A stretch of DNA of 64,000 bases from Vicugna vicugna. Taxonomy: Eukaryota. The stretch's first letter is position 1; each line of letters begins with the position of its first letter. Shown here piece by piece: positions 40,277-53,224 of this stretch. The notes beneath the pieces are model-generated. The model had not been told where the DNA came from. It did no database searches and saw nothing but the letters and a program-made list of their open reading frames with translations. Location of the stretch: positions 629,599 through 693,598 of the forward strand of contig MU057930.1 of assembly GCA_013265495.1 (NCBI GenBank), in the 5' to 3' direction. The translations under genes and the position numbers were made by a program.

Positions 40277-40334
40277 CTTCATGTTTCCCAGTCGCCTTGT
40301 TCTGTCGACAACAAGCAATTTCCTGATGAGGTCC
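40277..40334 (-). CDS. PRKX: PRKX exon 6 (58 bp): DLIRKLLVVDRTRRLGNMK
   Basis: Acceptor ATGCAG|G and donor AAG|GTAAGT. The peptide is visible inside ORF 40073..40408. Confidence 0.97.
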
Positions 40335-43300
40335 CTGCATGGGGGAAGGAGACAGAAACACAGACATCTCGATATGGACGCCGGCCAACGCGGCAGGCTG
40401 ACGGCCATAAAACCCTGAGCGATTTATGCAACGCCGGGAGTTGCCAGCCCACGGGGACCTAGATAAGGGGGAGACGTTGATTAAATCATGGAAGAGAAGA
40501 CACGCCTCTGAATGTGAGCGGAAAATGAACCTGGCCAGGGGACCCTGAGGCTTCATTTCAAATATACCTGTCAAGGTCGTCCCTGCCATGCGCTTTTACC
40601 AAAATAAATGGCCATGCTATGCCCCGGGAGTCTGCTCATTGTGGCATTCTTCTTTGGCCACGCTTGGCTTTCCCAGAAGCGTACAAATTACTGGAGCTTT
40701 GTCGCATCTGCTGGGTCACTTAGATCTTCCTTCTAAGCGGCAGACGGTGTCGGAATACAGCAGGCGGTCAGTCAGGGTGGGAACTGATGGGTTTCAAGAC
40801 TTTCAGAAGACAGGCTACAGTTACGGAGGTAAAGAGTATCGCGTGTGTGTAACTGTGTAATACACTGAATATATTATGTTTAATAATATTCGAGGACTTC
40901 AAGCCTATAAGGATTTTTTTCCAGGACAATCAAAACCCCGGAGTCAGTGTTCAACATCTAAACTTTCCTGACCCCCCCATACCATGGGGTCAAGAGCACA
41001 GACCCAGACTCGGGCAACGTCCTGGGGTCCGTGTGCAGCCGGGGAGGCTCAGGTGCTTGGTCAAGTGAGAAATGTGAGGTTCTGGTGGCCTGGGGTCCCT
41101 CACGTCTGGACTGTTTGAGTCTCCCAGGTTCCTACTGATCCCAAACTTTGTCAAGGAATAGCTGGAACAGAGTTTCCCAACACGACACGTCCTTAAGAAG
41201 AACCGGGGTCCCTGAAGGCTTCTCTGCAGCTCCACCTCAAAGGGAAAACCTGGGGACACTGGCTCACGGAAGGCTGGGGCTTTGTGCCCATCACATACAG
41301 AGGACGTACTCATGAGCAGGGAAGAGGAACACAAGAGGGCTGGAACATTTAGATACCTTGCCTGTACTTACAGACTGTCTCCTGCAGTATTCTGACATAC
41401 CCAAACAAAACAAAACAAACAAGTGAAAAAAAAAAAAACCAACCACAAAGTCACCAAATAGTGCACTCCCAAAACATCTCCAAACACCTGTGTTTTCTCT
41501 TCTTCCTGTTTTGCTTTTTTTTTTTAACACCCCTGCCACCCTAGCAGTGCATTATAATTAAATCTGCCTGTACTGGGATTCCAAGAAGACAAAGACGTAT
41601 TTAAGATACAAAATCAGAGCCTTGTAAAACCCTCACTCAACCCTGAAAGGAAAGGGTGCAGAGGAAAAGGGGTCACCAGGTAAGTCAAAGCCAGGTAGGT
41701 ACTCGGGAAGCATCTGAGAGGTGAGCGGGTGTGGGGGCGCGGATCGCTCCTGGGACGGGCTGTGTGTCTGCTGGCAGCCCCTCGATTCACCGCGGCTGAA
41801 ATTGTAAGTCTTACTTCGGATCCCAGTGCCAGCTGGTGTCTCCTGGACCACCTTCAGGCATCAAGAAACGCTTGTGAAGATGAGTTCTACCAAGCTGGCA
41901 GCCAGCCCCAAAGCTTTTCATTCCTCTTCAATTAGATGCGATCTTATAAAGAACCCTCACGTCCATCCCGAGACACAGACGGACATGGTCAGATGCTGAA
42001 GCTGCATGAACCAACACACCACCTGAAAAATTCACTCAGAATTCTACACTCACAGCCACCAAGGGACAGTAAATTGGGCAAGAAATGACTCATCAGGGTC
42101 CAAAGGATTCCAGAACAGCTTCTGCTGGTTCGCTGTTAAAAGTAAAGATAAACCAAGAGAAAAAGGGGGAGGAGGCGGCAGGAGAGCAGACCTGTGGTTA
42201 GGGTTATTCTGTTTCTCTAACATCTTCTTGTCCCCAGAACGTTGGAAACCTACTCAGTGGATGAACAGAACCCAATAAACGACCTCAGATTTACGGACCC
42301 TCCCCTGTCTTGGGGAGACATCTCCTGGGAGAACTTAAGACACTCCTTGGAAGAGGAAGTGCGTTCCATCAGGGCATCTTCTGAGATGCCCAACACCAGG
42401 AGATGCCTACAAAAAAAGGTGGCTGACTGTGAGGACGCTGAGACAGTCCCTGCGGATCAAAAGCAAGTGTCTCCCTGGCTTCAGCTGAGTCACGCCCACG
42501 GCAGACGTGCACAAGGGCTCCCAGGAGAGTCCCAGGCAGTGTACCGGGGCAGGGCTGCACGTGGGCGTCAGCAGACGTTAACCCCATCCAATCACCGGCG
42601 ACTTGCTGGTACACGCGCAACCCCATCTTAAACATGTTTTGCCATCCGTTTGAAATAGAATCACTGGAAGCTGATGGGATGTGAGACCTGGGAGGGAAAT
42701 CCTAGGATGCTCCTTCATGTTTTCCTAGAGCCACAGGCTTTGGGGTGCATCGTTCCCTTGTCACCTCGCTGTCTGACCATTCATGGCATAGAGTGTCCCT
42801 TCTGGATGGTTATGTTTTGCTGGAGCCCCGTTTTCTTCCTAAAATCTGTCAGAACCTGCCTGGTGTGTCAAACGCAACCTCCGGCCTATACAAGCCAAGA
42901 GAAACACAGGATGCAGACCGAGGACCTGTCTGGACAGTGAGCGCACCGACCACTGAGAAACAAGACGTGGATGCAGCCAGTGGTCCTAGAAGCCCAACAC
43001 TGTCATGAAATAACACAACTTCTCTGCACTCAGTTTCCGCGGCTTAGTTTTAAAACATGTAGCAAAGAAAAAGAGACAGAAGCTTAGTTCTCAGCTAACC
43101 ATAATTAACTCCATTTTGTCATCAGCAGGAGTGTGGGGCACCTATCGACGTATCTGGGAAAGACAGTGAAACAGCATACGGTCCAGATGGCCGAGAGCTG
43201 ACTCATGGAGTAAGGTATTTGGAAAACCGAGAGCACCCTTATCTTTTAAAAAAAAATTTAGTTCTTTTCCCCCACCCAGAGCCACAAAAATGCATACCCA

Positions 43301-43688
43301 AACTGCGTAACAGTGAAGCAATGCAGAAAGTCTTGAAGCAACAGACTCATGACTCAATGTTTTCGCCGGAAAAGATTTTAGGGATGAGATTAATGGAAGC
43401 GGGAGAGAAAAGATAAACTCTGCTAAATCCATCACCACTTGTGCCAAGCACAAAACCTGCGGGTGGGGCAGGGCAGAGGGAGACCCTACTTGCCAAATAA
43501 CAAAACGGTTCTCTCATTAAACACAGTAACAAACGCCTTTAGATGAATTCCCAAAATCATCTCAGCACAGCACAGGGGATAAGGCAGGGCTGGGACCCGG
43601 CTAGGCAGATGCCTTGGCTGTGAATTTTTTTTTTTTAAAATGCTTTAAAATTAAACACATCCAATGATGAGGGAACTGTTTTACTTAC

Positions 43689-43784
43689 TTGACACTGAAA
43701 TCCAAATGTCTGGGGAAATCTATCTTGCCCGCAAGAATTTTTTGATAAATGCCAAAGGCGTTGTCATCAAAAAACGGAGGGAAC
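43689..43784 (-). CDS. PRKX: PRKX exon 5 (96 bp): FPPFFDDNAFGIYQKILAGKIDFPRHLDFSV(K)
   Basis: Acceptor TAACAG|G and donor AA|GTAAGT. In frame with neighbouring exons. Confidence 0.97.
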
Positions 43785-44532
43785 CTGTTAAGAAACAGAA
43801 ACATGGATTTTTAGTGGGCGAGCAAGGGTGGATCACCCCCGCCGCGTTAAGGATGACGCTCTCTGCCCACCACGGGCGGAAGGTAAATTATTTCATGTGA
43901 GCTCTCTCCTGACACGGAGGAGTGGTGGATAGTTCGGGACTAAAGGCGAGGGGTCACTTCCAAGAGGCCGAGCGTGAAGGACCACACGTCAGCACAGAAA
44001 AGGCAAGAATCCCAATACGATCTGATGAGCGATGTGGTCACCTGGGTGGCATTAAAAATGCCCCCCCCACTAGAGCATGAGCGGACATCTGTCTTCTTCC
44101 TGCAGACACAGCGCCCTGCACACAGTAGGTGCTCAACGAATGTTTGAGGCCAAATGAAACAGGATGGCTGACGCTGTGTTGTGTTTTCTGTTGGCGCAGG
44201 TTGTCAGCAACCCTACAGAAGCCAACACCTGCTTCCACAGTAGATGAATTCCCCTACGTCCTACTTTGGGAGGTGAGTGACCACCAGGCTGGTTTCCAGC
44301 TGGTAACTTTAGGCACAAAGATTGACACCCCATGGATTAGCAAATTATGGCCCCGAGCCTATTCTTGTCAATAAAGTTTTATTGGCACACAGCCACGCCG
44401 TACACTTATGTACTGTCTGTGGCACATTCCCACACACAAAGACTGTAGTCCAGGTAACACAAACTAAGACTAGTATCCCTTCTAGTATCTGGAAACAGGA
44501 AAAAATGTGAAACAGACTAAAGAAGAAATACA

Positions 44533-44895
44533 CTTTGCAGATGCAGTTAGCGAAGGACCTGAGAGGAGGTTCTCCTGGAGGAGATGGCCCTGCATCCAAG
44601 GACAGTGACCTCAGAAGAGACAGAAGAGGAGACACACAGACACAGAGGAGAAGCCATGTGGAGATGGAGGCAGAGACGGGAGGGAGGTGACCACCAGCCC
44701 AGGGATGGACGCCTGGAGCCCCCAGAAGCTGGAAGAGGGAGGAGGGACCCTCCCCTGGAGCCTCGGGAGGGAGCGCAGCCCTGGGACACCTTGACCTCAG
44801 ACGTCTGGTCTCCAGGACGGGGGAGGATGGATGTCTGTGGTTTTAAGTCCCTGGTTTGTGGTCATTTGTTCCAGCTGCCCCAGGAAACCGACACA
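44533..44895 (+). mobile_element. MaLR LTR (MLT1C-like), PRKX intron 4
   Basis: Same internal motifs as the 38748 copy. Ends CAGGAAACCGACACA. Confidence 0.8.
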
Positions 44896-45044
44896 CTAAT
44901 GTATTACAGAGAATAGAAAGTAGAAAAACAAAAGAATAAATGAATAAAAGGCAGAAGTATGAAGTACAAAACTAGACATTAATGAACAAGAAGCAGAGGT
45001 AGATTCATCAGAAAAATGAAAGATTCCAAATAAATGCAGAAATG

Positions 45045-45360
45045 CGGCTGTGCACCACGTGACATCATCCCACTCGGGTGTGAGCACAGGTGCCGCGCTG
45101 GGAAGGGCAGGGCCGCATCCCTCTGCGTCCCTGGCTGTGATGAGCTCCGAAGCCCGGCCGCCCCGGTGGCAAGTGGCGCTTGTCGCCAGCGTGACCGGCG
45201 TACAGCGCCCAGGCGCCGGCCACCCCCGCCTGGCAGCTAGCTAGCTGCCTGCTCCCGCGGTGCGCGGGGCGCCCTGCTGCCGTCGGGGGTGGCGGCCGTG
45301 TGGGCGCGCCCACTGCACGAGCTCATCGGGGGCAAACGTACCCTGCCGTTGGCGTGGCAG
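45045..45360. promoter_or_regulatory. Small intronic CpG-rich island in intron 4
   Basis: Dense CpG and a perfect 18-bp palindrome GGCAGCTAGCTAGCTGCC at 45232-45249. Confidence 0.45.
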
Positions 45361-45361
45361 C

Positions 45362-45880
45362 CACAATTCTCAAAGTGGGGTTCCAAGGAACCCTGAGGGG
45401 GTTCCCCAAGGAGTTTTTTTTTTAGGACTTCTGTGGTGCTGTCCTTCTTCTGACTACAAATCTGAATGTGGCTCCATTTTCTCCCTATCCCTCAACACAA
45501 CACATCGTGCCGGACAGAGTGAGACAGAAGAATGCAGCCGCCTTTGATTAAGGGAGGAACAAGACGTGAAACCCGGCCACTCACCTCTCCAGAGGTTTTT
45601 AACGCTAGGAAGTACTGTTACTGTATCACTGAAAATCTGATTCGTGGTAACCGTTGGTGAGTGTATTATTTTATGCAAATTGAGCTTTTGTCTTAAATTT
45701 CCGTTTTAATTTCAAATGTGGTGAACACTGGCAGATGTAACCCGCATCAGTGGAAGCTCTCTGGGGTCAGTAGTAACACTTACGAGCGTTTATAAGTTTT
45801 AGGAATGTAATAACTTTTAGGACAGGTGGTTGCTGAAAACTTTCAGGGTCCTGTGGCCGAAATGTCTGAGAACCACCGCG
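45362..45880 (+). mobile_element. Internally deleted Charlie1/MER119-like DNA transposon
   Basis: Termini TTCTCAAAGTGGGG... and ...AGGGTCCTGTGGCCGAAATGTCTGAGAACCAC, with internal GTTTTAATTTC and GCTCTCTGGGGTC. Confidence 0.6.
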
Positions 45881-46439
45881 CTGCCGCTAACATGCCATGT
45901 GGACGTGTGTCCAAATGGACACAAATCCCACCTTCCCTAAAAACAGGTCTGTGGTGGTCAACACTCCACAAGGGTGGATGTGAAAGGAGCAGATGATGGG
46001 GAAAAAAAAAAAAAGAGCTGAGCTGGGTTTTCCTGGGAAAACCTGCTGGTGACTTTTCTGCAACGTGCTGCACATTTTCAATCGCACCTAGACATTTCTT
46101 ACGGCATGAAAATAAAATCCCAGTTACAACATGCTCTCCCACCATTATCACACGGCAGCTTTTGCCTAACACATGGTTTCTCCTGTACTTCAGGAAAGAT
46201 TTAAACAACCACTGAAAGCAATAAAGGAACAGACAAGACAGTCTGGGCTGGATCTTGCTGCAGGTGTGAAAATAGAGAAACAGAAATCCAAGTAAACTGG
46301 AGACAAGGACTTTGAAAAAAAAAAGTCATCTCCACCTTCCATACAATGACTTCCTCCCACCGGCTGCCATGAGTCTCCTGGCTCAAGAAGCACAATTTGC
46401 TTCCGGTGACCTCCTGAGCAGTCAGCACAGGTGGTCAGA

Positions 46440-46930
46440 TGGTTTCAGACCCCCATGAGTGCTATAAAGGGAAGAGAAGGAGGTGCTGGGACAGAGTGGG
46501 GAGGCGGGGCAGGGCTCTGAGGTCAGGTTGCAGGTGAGCCTTCCTGAGAGCAGAAGAGAAGGGACCAGCAGGGGCGATGCCCTGCAGGAGGCTGGCAGGG
46601 AGAGGGACCGGAGGGCCTCATGGTGTGTTGGAGGGGCAGCAGGAAGGCTAGCAATGCCAGGAGAGGGGCCAGGTCACCGTCTGAGATGGGCAGATCATGG
46701 ACAGACCACCTCAGAGCCCCGAACAGTAGGGAGCTCTGGGTCTTTGCACTCAAGGGCTGCAAGGGAGGACAGCGTGGTCTGGCTGGTGTCAGTGGGGGAC
46801 CCCTTCAGTGGCTGCCTGGGACAGATGCTGTGGGCAGGAGTGCGTGTGGCCGGAGGAGACAGGAGGACATTGGGGATGGGTCCAGGCGAGGGCTGAGGCT
46901 GGCTGGACTCGGGGAGAGCCGAGCAACGTG
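46440..46930 (-). mobile_element. Degenerate, GC-shifted L2-like remnant
   Basis: Purine-rich L2-like motifs (TGGTGTGTTGGAGG..CAGCAGGAAGGC, GGGCAGATCATG, GTCCAGGCGAG). Confidence 0.4.
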
Positions 46931-47109
46931 GAGGAAGGGCCAGCCGGGGCTGCAGTGTGTATACAGGGGCCGATGGCTCTGAAAATAGCCACTCAGAAAA
47001 CCCTGACTCTAACTGGAGTTGTGCAGAATAAAAGCATGCTGACTGTGAACACAGTTCCCTTTATGAAATGCAACGTCCAGCTTACAATGTTTGGGGCCAG
47101 GAGAGGGTT

Positions 47110-47635
47110 TTCATTATTAATCCCAATTATTCTAATAACAGTGCCTAATAATATATTAGATTCTAGTTACATTATTTCTATTCAATTCCTAACATTCTGG
47201 TAGAATGTTAACTGTAGGATATTAGAAACACTAGAAATATTCTGATAACATTCTGTTTACTATGAGAATAAAAATGTATTTTCTAATATTCTAATATATT
47301 CTAATACTTATAGTATGTGTATATAATAACCCTAATAACTATAATGTACACTAATATTATATTGTATTTCTATTCTATTCTATTTATTTTAATTATTACT
47401 ATTACACTAATAATAATTATTCTTCTAATGTTTCTACTCTAATAATTTCCTATTACATTCTAATATATTGTAGCCTAGTAGCTAGCGTTCTAATAAATAT
47501 ATTCATATAAGAACCCTAATGATAATTCTAGTATATCCTAATATTACATTGTAATTCTATGCTATTCTATTTTAACCATTATTATTATTTGCTCTGATAA
47601 TAATTATTCTACTAATTCCAGTCTAACAATTTTCT
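47110..47635. repeat. AT-rich low-complexity tract (TATTCTAATA-like units); a similar tract lies at 14807-15030
   Basis: Directly visible. Confidence 0.85.
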
Positions 47636-48054
47636 GTGACATTCTGTCAACATCATGATGTAACAGTATCTTTGTCTTCACTAACGACAGGCCGTATTAT
47701 TACATCCTCTAGTATGATAGTCTATGCTGACAGCAAAGAGAAAAAAGAGGACACAGGAACCCCATTCTATCCAAATCACCAGGCGCCAGGATTCAATTCT
47801 GCTCGGGCAACGCTGCCCTCTCATGGTCAACAGTGGTAAGGAAGGAAAAGATGCTGCTGGCGTCTGTGTGATGAGACACGGCTGCAGAAGTATTTACAAT
47901 TTTTTGTCTCTTCTTGGTGGACTGATGCTGCGTGGAACTCATGTCAACCGTCCGCTCTGCTTGGGACGCCTTGCGTTAGGGTGGACATGAAGAAATCTGA
48001 TTCTGTGTGATTTGCTGGAGGCATTTGAGTGAAGAGCACTGGAAAATTCAAAAG

Positions 48055-48595
48055 GATAGACAGACAAACAGAAAGACAGACAGGATGGATGGATGGATGG
48101 ATGGATGGACAGATAGATTGGATGGACAGATACATGAATGAATGGATGGATGGAAGGATAGACGGATGGATGGAAGGATGGATAGATGGATGGATAGATG
48201 GGTGGATGCATGGATGGATAAGATGGATGGATGGATAGATAGGTGATTAATAGATAATAGGTAGATAGATTAGACGGACAGATACACGAATGGATGGATG
48301 GATGGATGAATGGATAGTTGGATGGATGGATGAAAGGATGTATGGATAGATTGATGGATCGATCAATGTACAGATGGATGGATGATGGACAGATAGATCT
48401 GATATACTGATAGAGATAGATTGATAGATGATACATTGATAGGTTGATATTGACAGATAGATTGAGACATGATAGATCAATAGATGTGGATGATATATAG
48501 ACAGATACATCGTAGACAGGTAGGAAGATAGATGTAGATGATAGACAAACAGATTGATAAACAGATGGTAAATAGATGGATGACAGTCAGACAAA
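48055..48595. repeat. Complex (GGAT/GATA)n array in intron 4
   Basis: Directly visible. Confidence 0.95.
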
Positions 48596-49539
48596 CACAA
48601 GGCTTCCTAGACTCCAGTCTGGCTGGCCACGTGCTCAACACAGAATTCCTCTTTCTCCTCCTTTCCACCTGAAAGCTGGGGGCCTGTCCTGCAGGGAACC
48701 AGACGGGTGTGGAACAGCGTCCAGGCTTTGCCACAACCAGAGTGGACTCATGGTGCCTGCAAGACTGGCCAGCAGAAAGCACACACACCGAAGAAAGCAG
48801 GACACCGGGAAGGGGAGAGGAGGTGGACGGAGGTGGGGAGGCAGCACGTCCAGGGGCCCCTGGCAAGAGTCCTGGGCACCCCCTGCGCTGCCTGAAAGCC
48901 ACACCATCAGACAGAAGAGCGCTGAGTTCACCGGAAGAGGGGAACCCCCAGGTCCACGGTTTCTAAGAGGGGGAGGCCCGCTTTCTGTTTCCGGCTGGAG
49001 GACCCTCAGAGACCCGCCTTACTCGGAAGCCAGACTTGAATGCTTCATCACGCCGACCACTCGAGAGGCGGTCAACGTCTCAGAATCTGGACCAGGGGAA
49101 ACCCGATTCCAAATCTCCCTCAAGGCATGTTTGGGATTTCAGGAAAGAACACTCTCTTTTTTTTTTTTCTGGCCAACCATCTGTAAAGTCCTAAATCGCA
49201 TTTATTTATCTTGATCCAACAGGTACATCACCCAGCTCTACAAACAACTCCGAGTCCGTGTAGAAGACGAACAGTGTATCCTCAGGAGAGTGGGACGCTG
49301 AGAGACAGAACAGAGATCTCGCCGGACGTGCACTGCTGGTCCTTGTAGCCTGTGCTTTTACTCTTTGGAAAGCAAACCGAATCGTCGGCTCACACGCCCA
49401 TCGCTGCAGTGGGAAAGTGCGGTGAGCCTGCACCCCGAGAGTCTGCCCTGCCACCCACCCCACCCCAATGCCCCATCCTAGGGGCTGACAATCCCAGGAC
49501 AGGCGAGCAGGGGAGGGACGTGCCGGAGAGTTCTACTCA

Positions 49540-49689
<150 letters not shown>

Positions 49690-50469
49690 TCAGCCGTGCT
49701 TGGCGAAGGCATGCCTCGTAGAAGCACTGGATGTTACAGCAACTGAGGGGAGCGACGTGACGCCTTAGACCCCCTCACCCCGTGGAGAAGGACAGGAATG
49801 TGGTCTTAGCTGACACGTTCCCTTTGTAGACACTCATGAGCCAAAACAGAATCCAAGTGATGGTCCTGGGGTCACGGCTGTGTCTTGTTCTGCGTGCTTG
49901 TGTTTCTGACTCAGAAGCAAAAAGCCTACAATCCTGTTTTCCCGTAAAGTGACGCATTCAAGGACTGAGTCGTGCGCCCCGTCTCGGGATGACCCCCAGG
50001 AGCCCACACGTCTGCTCCACGAAGCAACGGCTACTTGCGTCCTCCCAGGCGAAACTCAGCTACGTCGGAGCATGCTTCCCGCCTGCTCTGCGAAAGGCTG
50101 GAAGTGTTCTCCGTGCTTTGCAGGGTCCGCTGTCATTTTAGTATCGGGGGGTGGCTTTTGGAAATCCTTAGGTTAAGGGGCTCTGGGATGTCTGGGGTTT
50201 ATACCAGTGGAGAGTTTGCAAAGGATTTCTCCCCTAGATGAGCTGAAACTTGCCAAAAATGTAGTCTTTAGCCCCACCTAGAGGACAGCTGGCCGAAAGC
50301 AATACATTCTCAGCAGCCCAGACGGACTCAGCAGAGAAGGTGATTTCTGATTCGTTGAGTGGGTGTTTTTTATTGCGTCCCTCCCTTCCCTGGGCTGCCT
50401 AAGGTCTGTGTTTTTTGCAAACAGATGGACGAAGCATTCATGCTTTTCCTTGCAACAGAATTCTCTTTA

Positions 50470-50905
50470 GACAGACTCACAGACATAGAAAACGAACTTA
50501 TAGTTACTAGCAGGGAAAGGGGTGGGGAGCGATAAATTGGGAGCTTGAGATTTACAGATACAAACGACTGTATATAAAATAGATAAACAACAAGGTCCTA
50601 CTGTACAGCACAGGGAACTATATTCAAAATATCTTATAATAACCTGTAATGAAAAAAATGAAAAAGAATATATACATATGTCTAACTGAATCACTCTGCT
50701 GTAGACTGGAAACTAACACATTCTAAACTGACTGTACCTCAAACAAAAAAAAAGATGGAATTATATTCAATATCTTGCAATAGCCTTTAATGAAAAAGAG
50801 TATGAAAACGAATATATATATGTATGTGCATGACTGGGACATGGTGCTGTGCACCAGAAGTGGACACATTGTAGCTGACTGTACTTCAATTAAAAAAAAA
50901 ATTTT
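50470..50905 (+). mobile_element. L1 3' UTR with a second short L1 tail (about 50762-50905) nested in its A-tail
   Basis: Two successive copies of the terminal UTR block, with a TSD-like pair AAAAAAAGATGGAAT / AAAAAAAGTAGATGAAAT. Confidence 0.85.
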
Positions 50906-51882
50906 TAACCCTAAAAAAAGTAGATGAAATGTGAGAAATTCAAAAAAAAAAAAAGAAAGAAAGAAAGAAAAAAATAATCCTGTGTCTAACGCATAGGGAA
51001 ATAAGTCCCTAACATAAGGTCCAAGTTGTATATGACGGGGCAGTGGTTGGGTCACCATCAAAAACAGCGAGTAAAGAATCAGGACAATGTTGACACAGGA
51101 GCCGTGAGCGATCCCTGATCCTCTAGCAAAAGATGGCTTGGAAATCACTTGGGTCCATCTTGTCTTCTAACACGGCAAAAATCCAAGGCCGTCACAGTAG
51201 ATCTGCCTGTTCCGTTCAGTCAACCCTGGTGGCTTTGGCCCATGGAACTCTTTAACTCAGCTGAACGATCAAGTAATTGGTTATGATGTTCTCTGCAGCC
51301 CGGTAGCACGTGTAAGGCCTCCCGAATCTGGCTGGAAGCGTAGAGATCTCAGCTGGGTATCGAGGCCAGGTGGAGGTGGCCGCAGGTAACTGTATCCGCT
51401 CTGGGCACAGCATCTCCACTTACATTTGGAAAGGTGAGTCTCTTCCTGGCTCCATCCTAGAGTAAGAGGCCCAGATCGAAGGCTGTGTGACTTTCCAGTT
51501 TCTAAGTAAACTCAGGCGGCCCGACAGCTTGCTCACATGAAACCTTCCTGCACAAAGTCCCCAGGCTTCCTGGATGCACTGAGACATACATCGCTAAAGA
51601 GCTTCAGATTGCAGGACAGACCGCCCGGGATGGGACTGGGAGACTGCCGGCCCTGGCTGTGAATTATCCACGCCCCTGGTCTTCTCTATTTTTTTGCTCA
51701 CTTGGCTCTTGGAGAGAAAAGAAGGTGACACCCGCTGTGCTCCAGTTTTCTCACTATTATCAGCTCCACCAGAGCCAGGGGGACAGGGCTGTGTTACCCA
51801 GAGAGAGACAGGATTCTCTGTAAAGGACAGATGTCAAATTGCTCGTGTGTTCCTGACCCCCCCCCACTTCCTTCCATGGCAT

Positions 51883-52301
51883 CTGTACTGGGTTGAATTG
51901 TGTTTCCCCCCAAGTCCTAAACCCTGTGAGTGTGGTGTTATGTGGAAATAGGGTCTTGCAGAGGTAACCAAGTTAATATGAGGTCGTGCTAGACTAAGAT
52001 GGAACTAACCCAATGACGTGTATGAAAAGGAAGAGATAAAGATCTCCCCACCATGTGAGGAGGCCGTAGGAGGCCATCTACAAGCCAGGAAGAAACGCTC
52101 ACCAGCCAGCATCCTGATGGTGGGCTCCCAGCCTCCAGCACTGACAGAAATAAATTCCTTCCATGGTGACCAATCCTATGGGATCGGGACCTCACTCTCA
52201 TGACCTCTCACCTCCTAACAACACTATCTCCAAACACAGCTACAATGGGGGTTGGAGCTTTAACACATGAATTTTGGAGGGACACGGTTCAGTCCACAGC
52301 A
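51883..52301. mobile_element. Two MaLR (MLT1A-like) LTR pieces in opposite orientation
   Basis: Plus-strand piece TGTACTGGGTTGAATTG... to about 52185, then a minus-strand piece ending GGTTCAGTCCACAGCA at 52301. Confidence 0.65.
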
Positions 52302-52760
52302 ATGATGGAGATGGTGATGATGATGGTGATGATGGTGACTGTGATAGCAGTGATGATGATGGTGATGATGACAGTGATGGAGACGGAGATGGTGAACATG
52401 TTGTGATGGTGATGATGGTGATTGTGATAACACTGATGGTGGTGGTGGTGGTGACAGTGATGGAGACGGAGATGGTGAAGATGTTGGTGATGGTGGTGAT
52501 GTTGATGGTGGTCATGGTGGTGGTGATGGTGCTGGTGGTGGTGATGGTGGTGATGATGATGATGGTGGAGATGATGGTGGTGGTGATGGTGATGATGATG
52601 GTTGTGATGATGGTGGTAGTGATGGTGGTGGTGGTGGTGCTGGTGGTGGTGATGGTGGTGATGATGGTGATGGTGATGGTGGTGGTGCTGGTGCCGGTGG
52701 TGGTGATGGTGGTGATGATGGTGATGATGATGATGGCGATGGTGATGATGTGATGGTTGG
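52302..52760. repeat. (GAT/GGT)n trinucleotide array in intron 3
   Basis: About 150 TGA/TGG triplets with a recurring GACAGTGATGGAGACGGAGATGGTGAA sub-unit. Confidence 0.95.
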
Positions 52761-53099
52761 AGGTTGGGCATGATAAAGTCAGAAGCACATACTGTCTACT
52801 CAATGCTTGCTATGTGACAGGAACTGATCTTAGGAAATAGTTCCCAATGAGCAGGTCCAGCCCTCCTCACCCATCATCCTACACGGCAGGAACAATTCTC
52901 ATTTCACAGGTGAACACAGTAAGGCACACAGGGGCAAAGACAACATACAACAGACAATGTGGCAGAACCAGGGGTCCAACATATGGCAAGTGGTCCCCAT
53001 GGCCACCACCCTTCACTCCTAACTGCTGGTCTGAGGTGCTTCCGCTGACAGAGGCCCTTGGTAATGCAAATACACTTAAGCTGGAAGTCAGAAGATACT

Positions 53100-53200
53100 A
53101 ACACCTAGCAATTGTGCGAAAGGGGGCAAATCGTCTCACCTCTCAGAGCCTCAGATTTCTCATCTGTGAAATGAAGAGGTGTGGCTAGATGAATTCTAAA
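53100..53200 (+). mobile_element. MIR remnant (similar remnants near 15330, 28100 and 36330)
   Basis: MIR core CACCTCTCAGAGCCTCAGATTTCTCATCTGTGAAATG. Confidence 0.6.
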
Positions 53201-53224
53201 AGTGTGTGTGTGTTGATGGCAAAC

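Noticed and set aside
52240..52803. Poly-His, poly-Thr/Ile and poly-Val/Met ORFs (159-187 aa)
   Set aside because: They are translations of the (GAT/GGT)n array in different frames, inside an intron, with no splice or start context.
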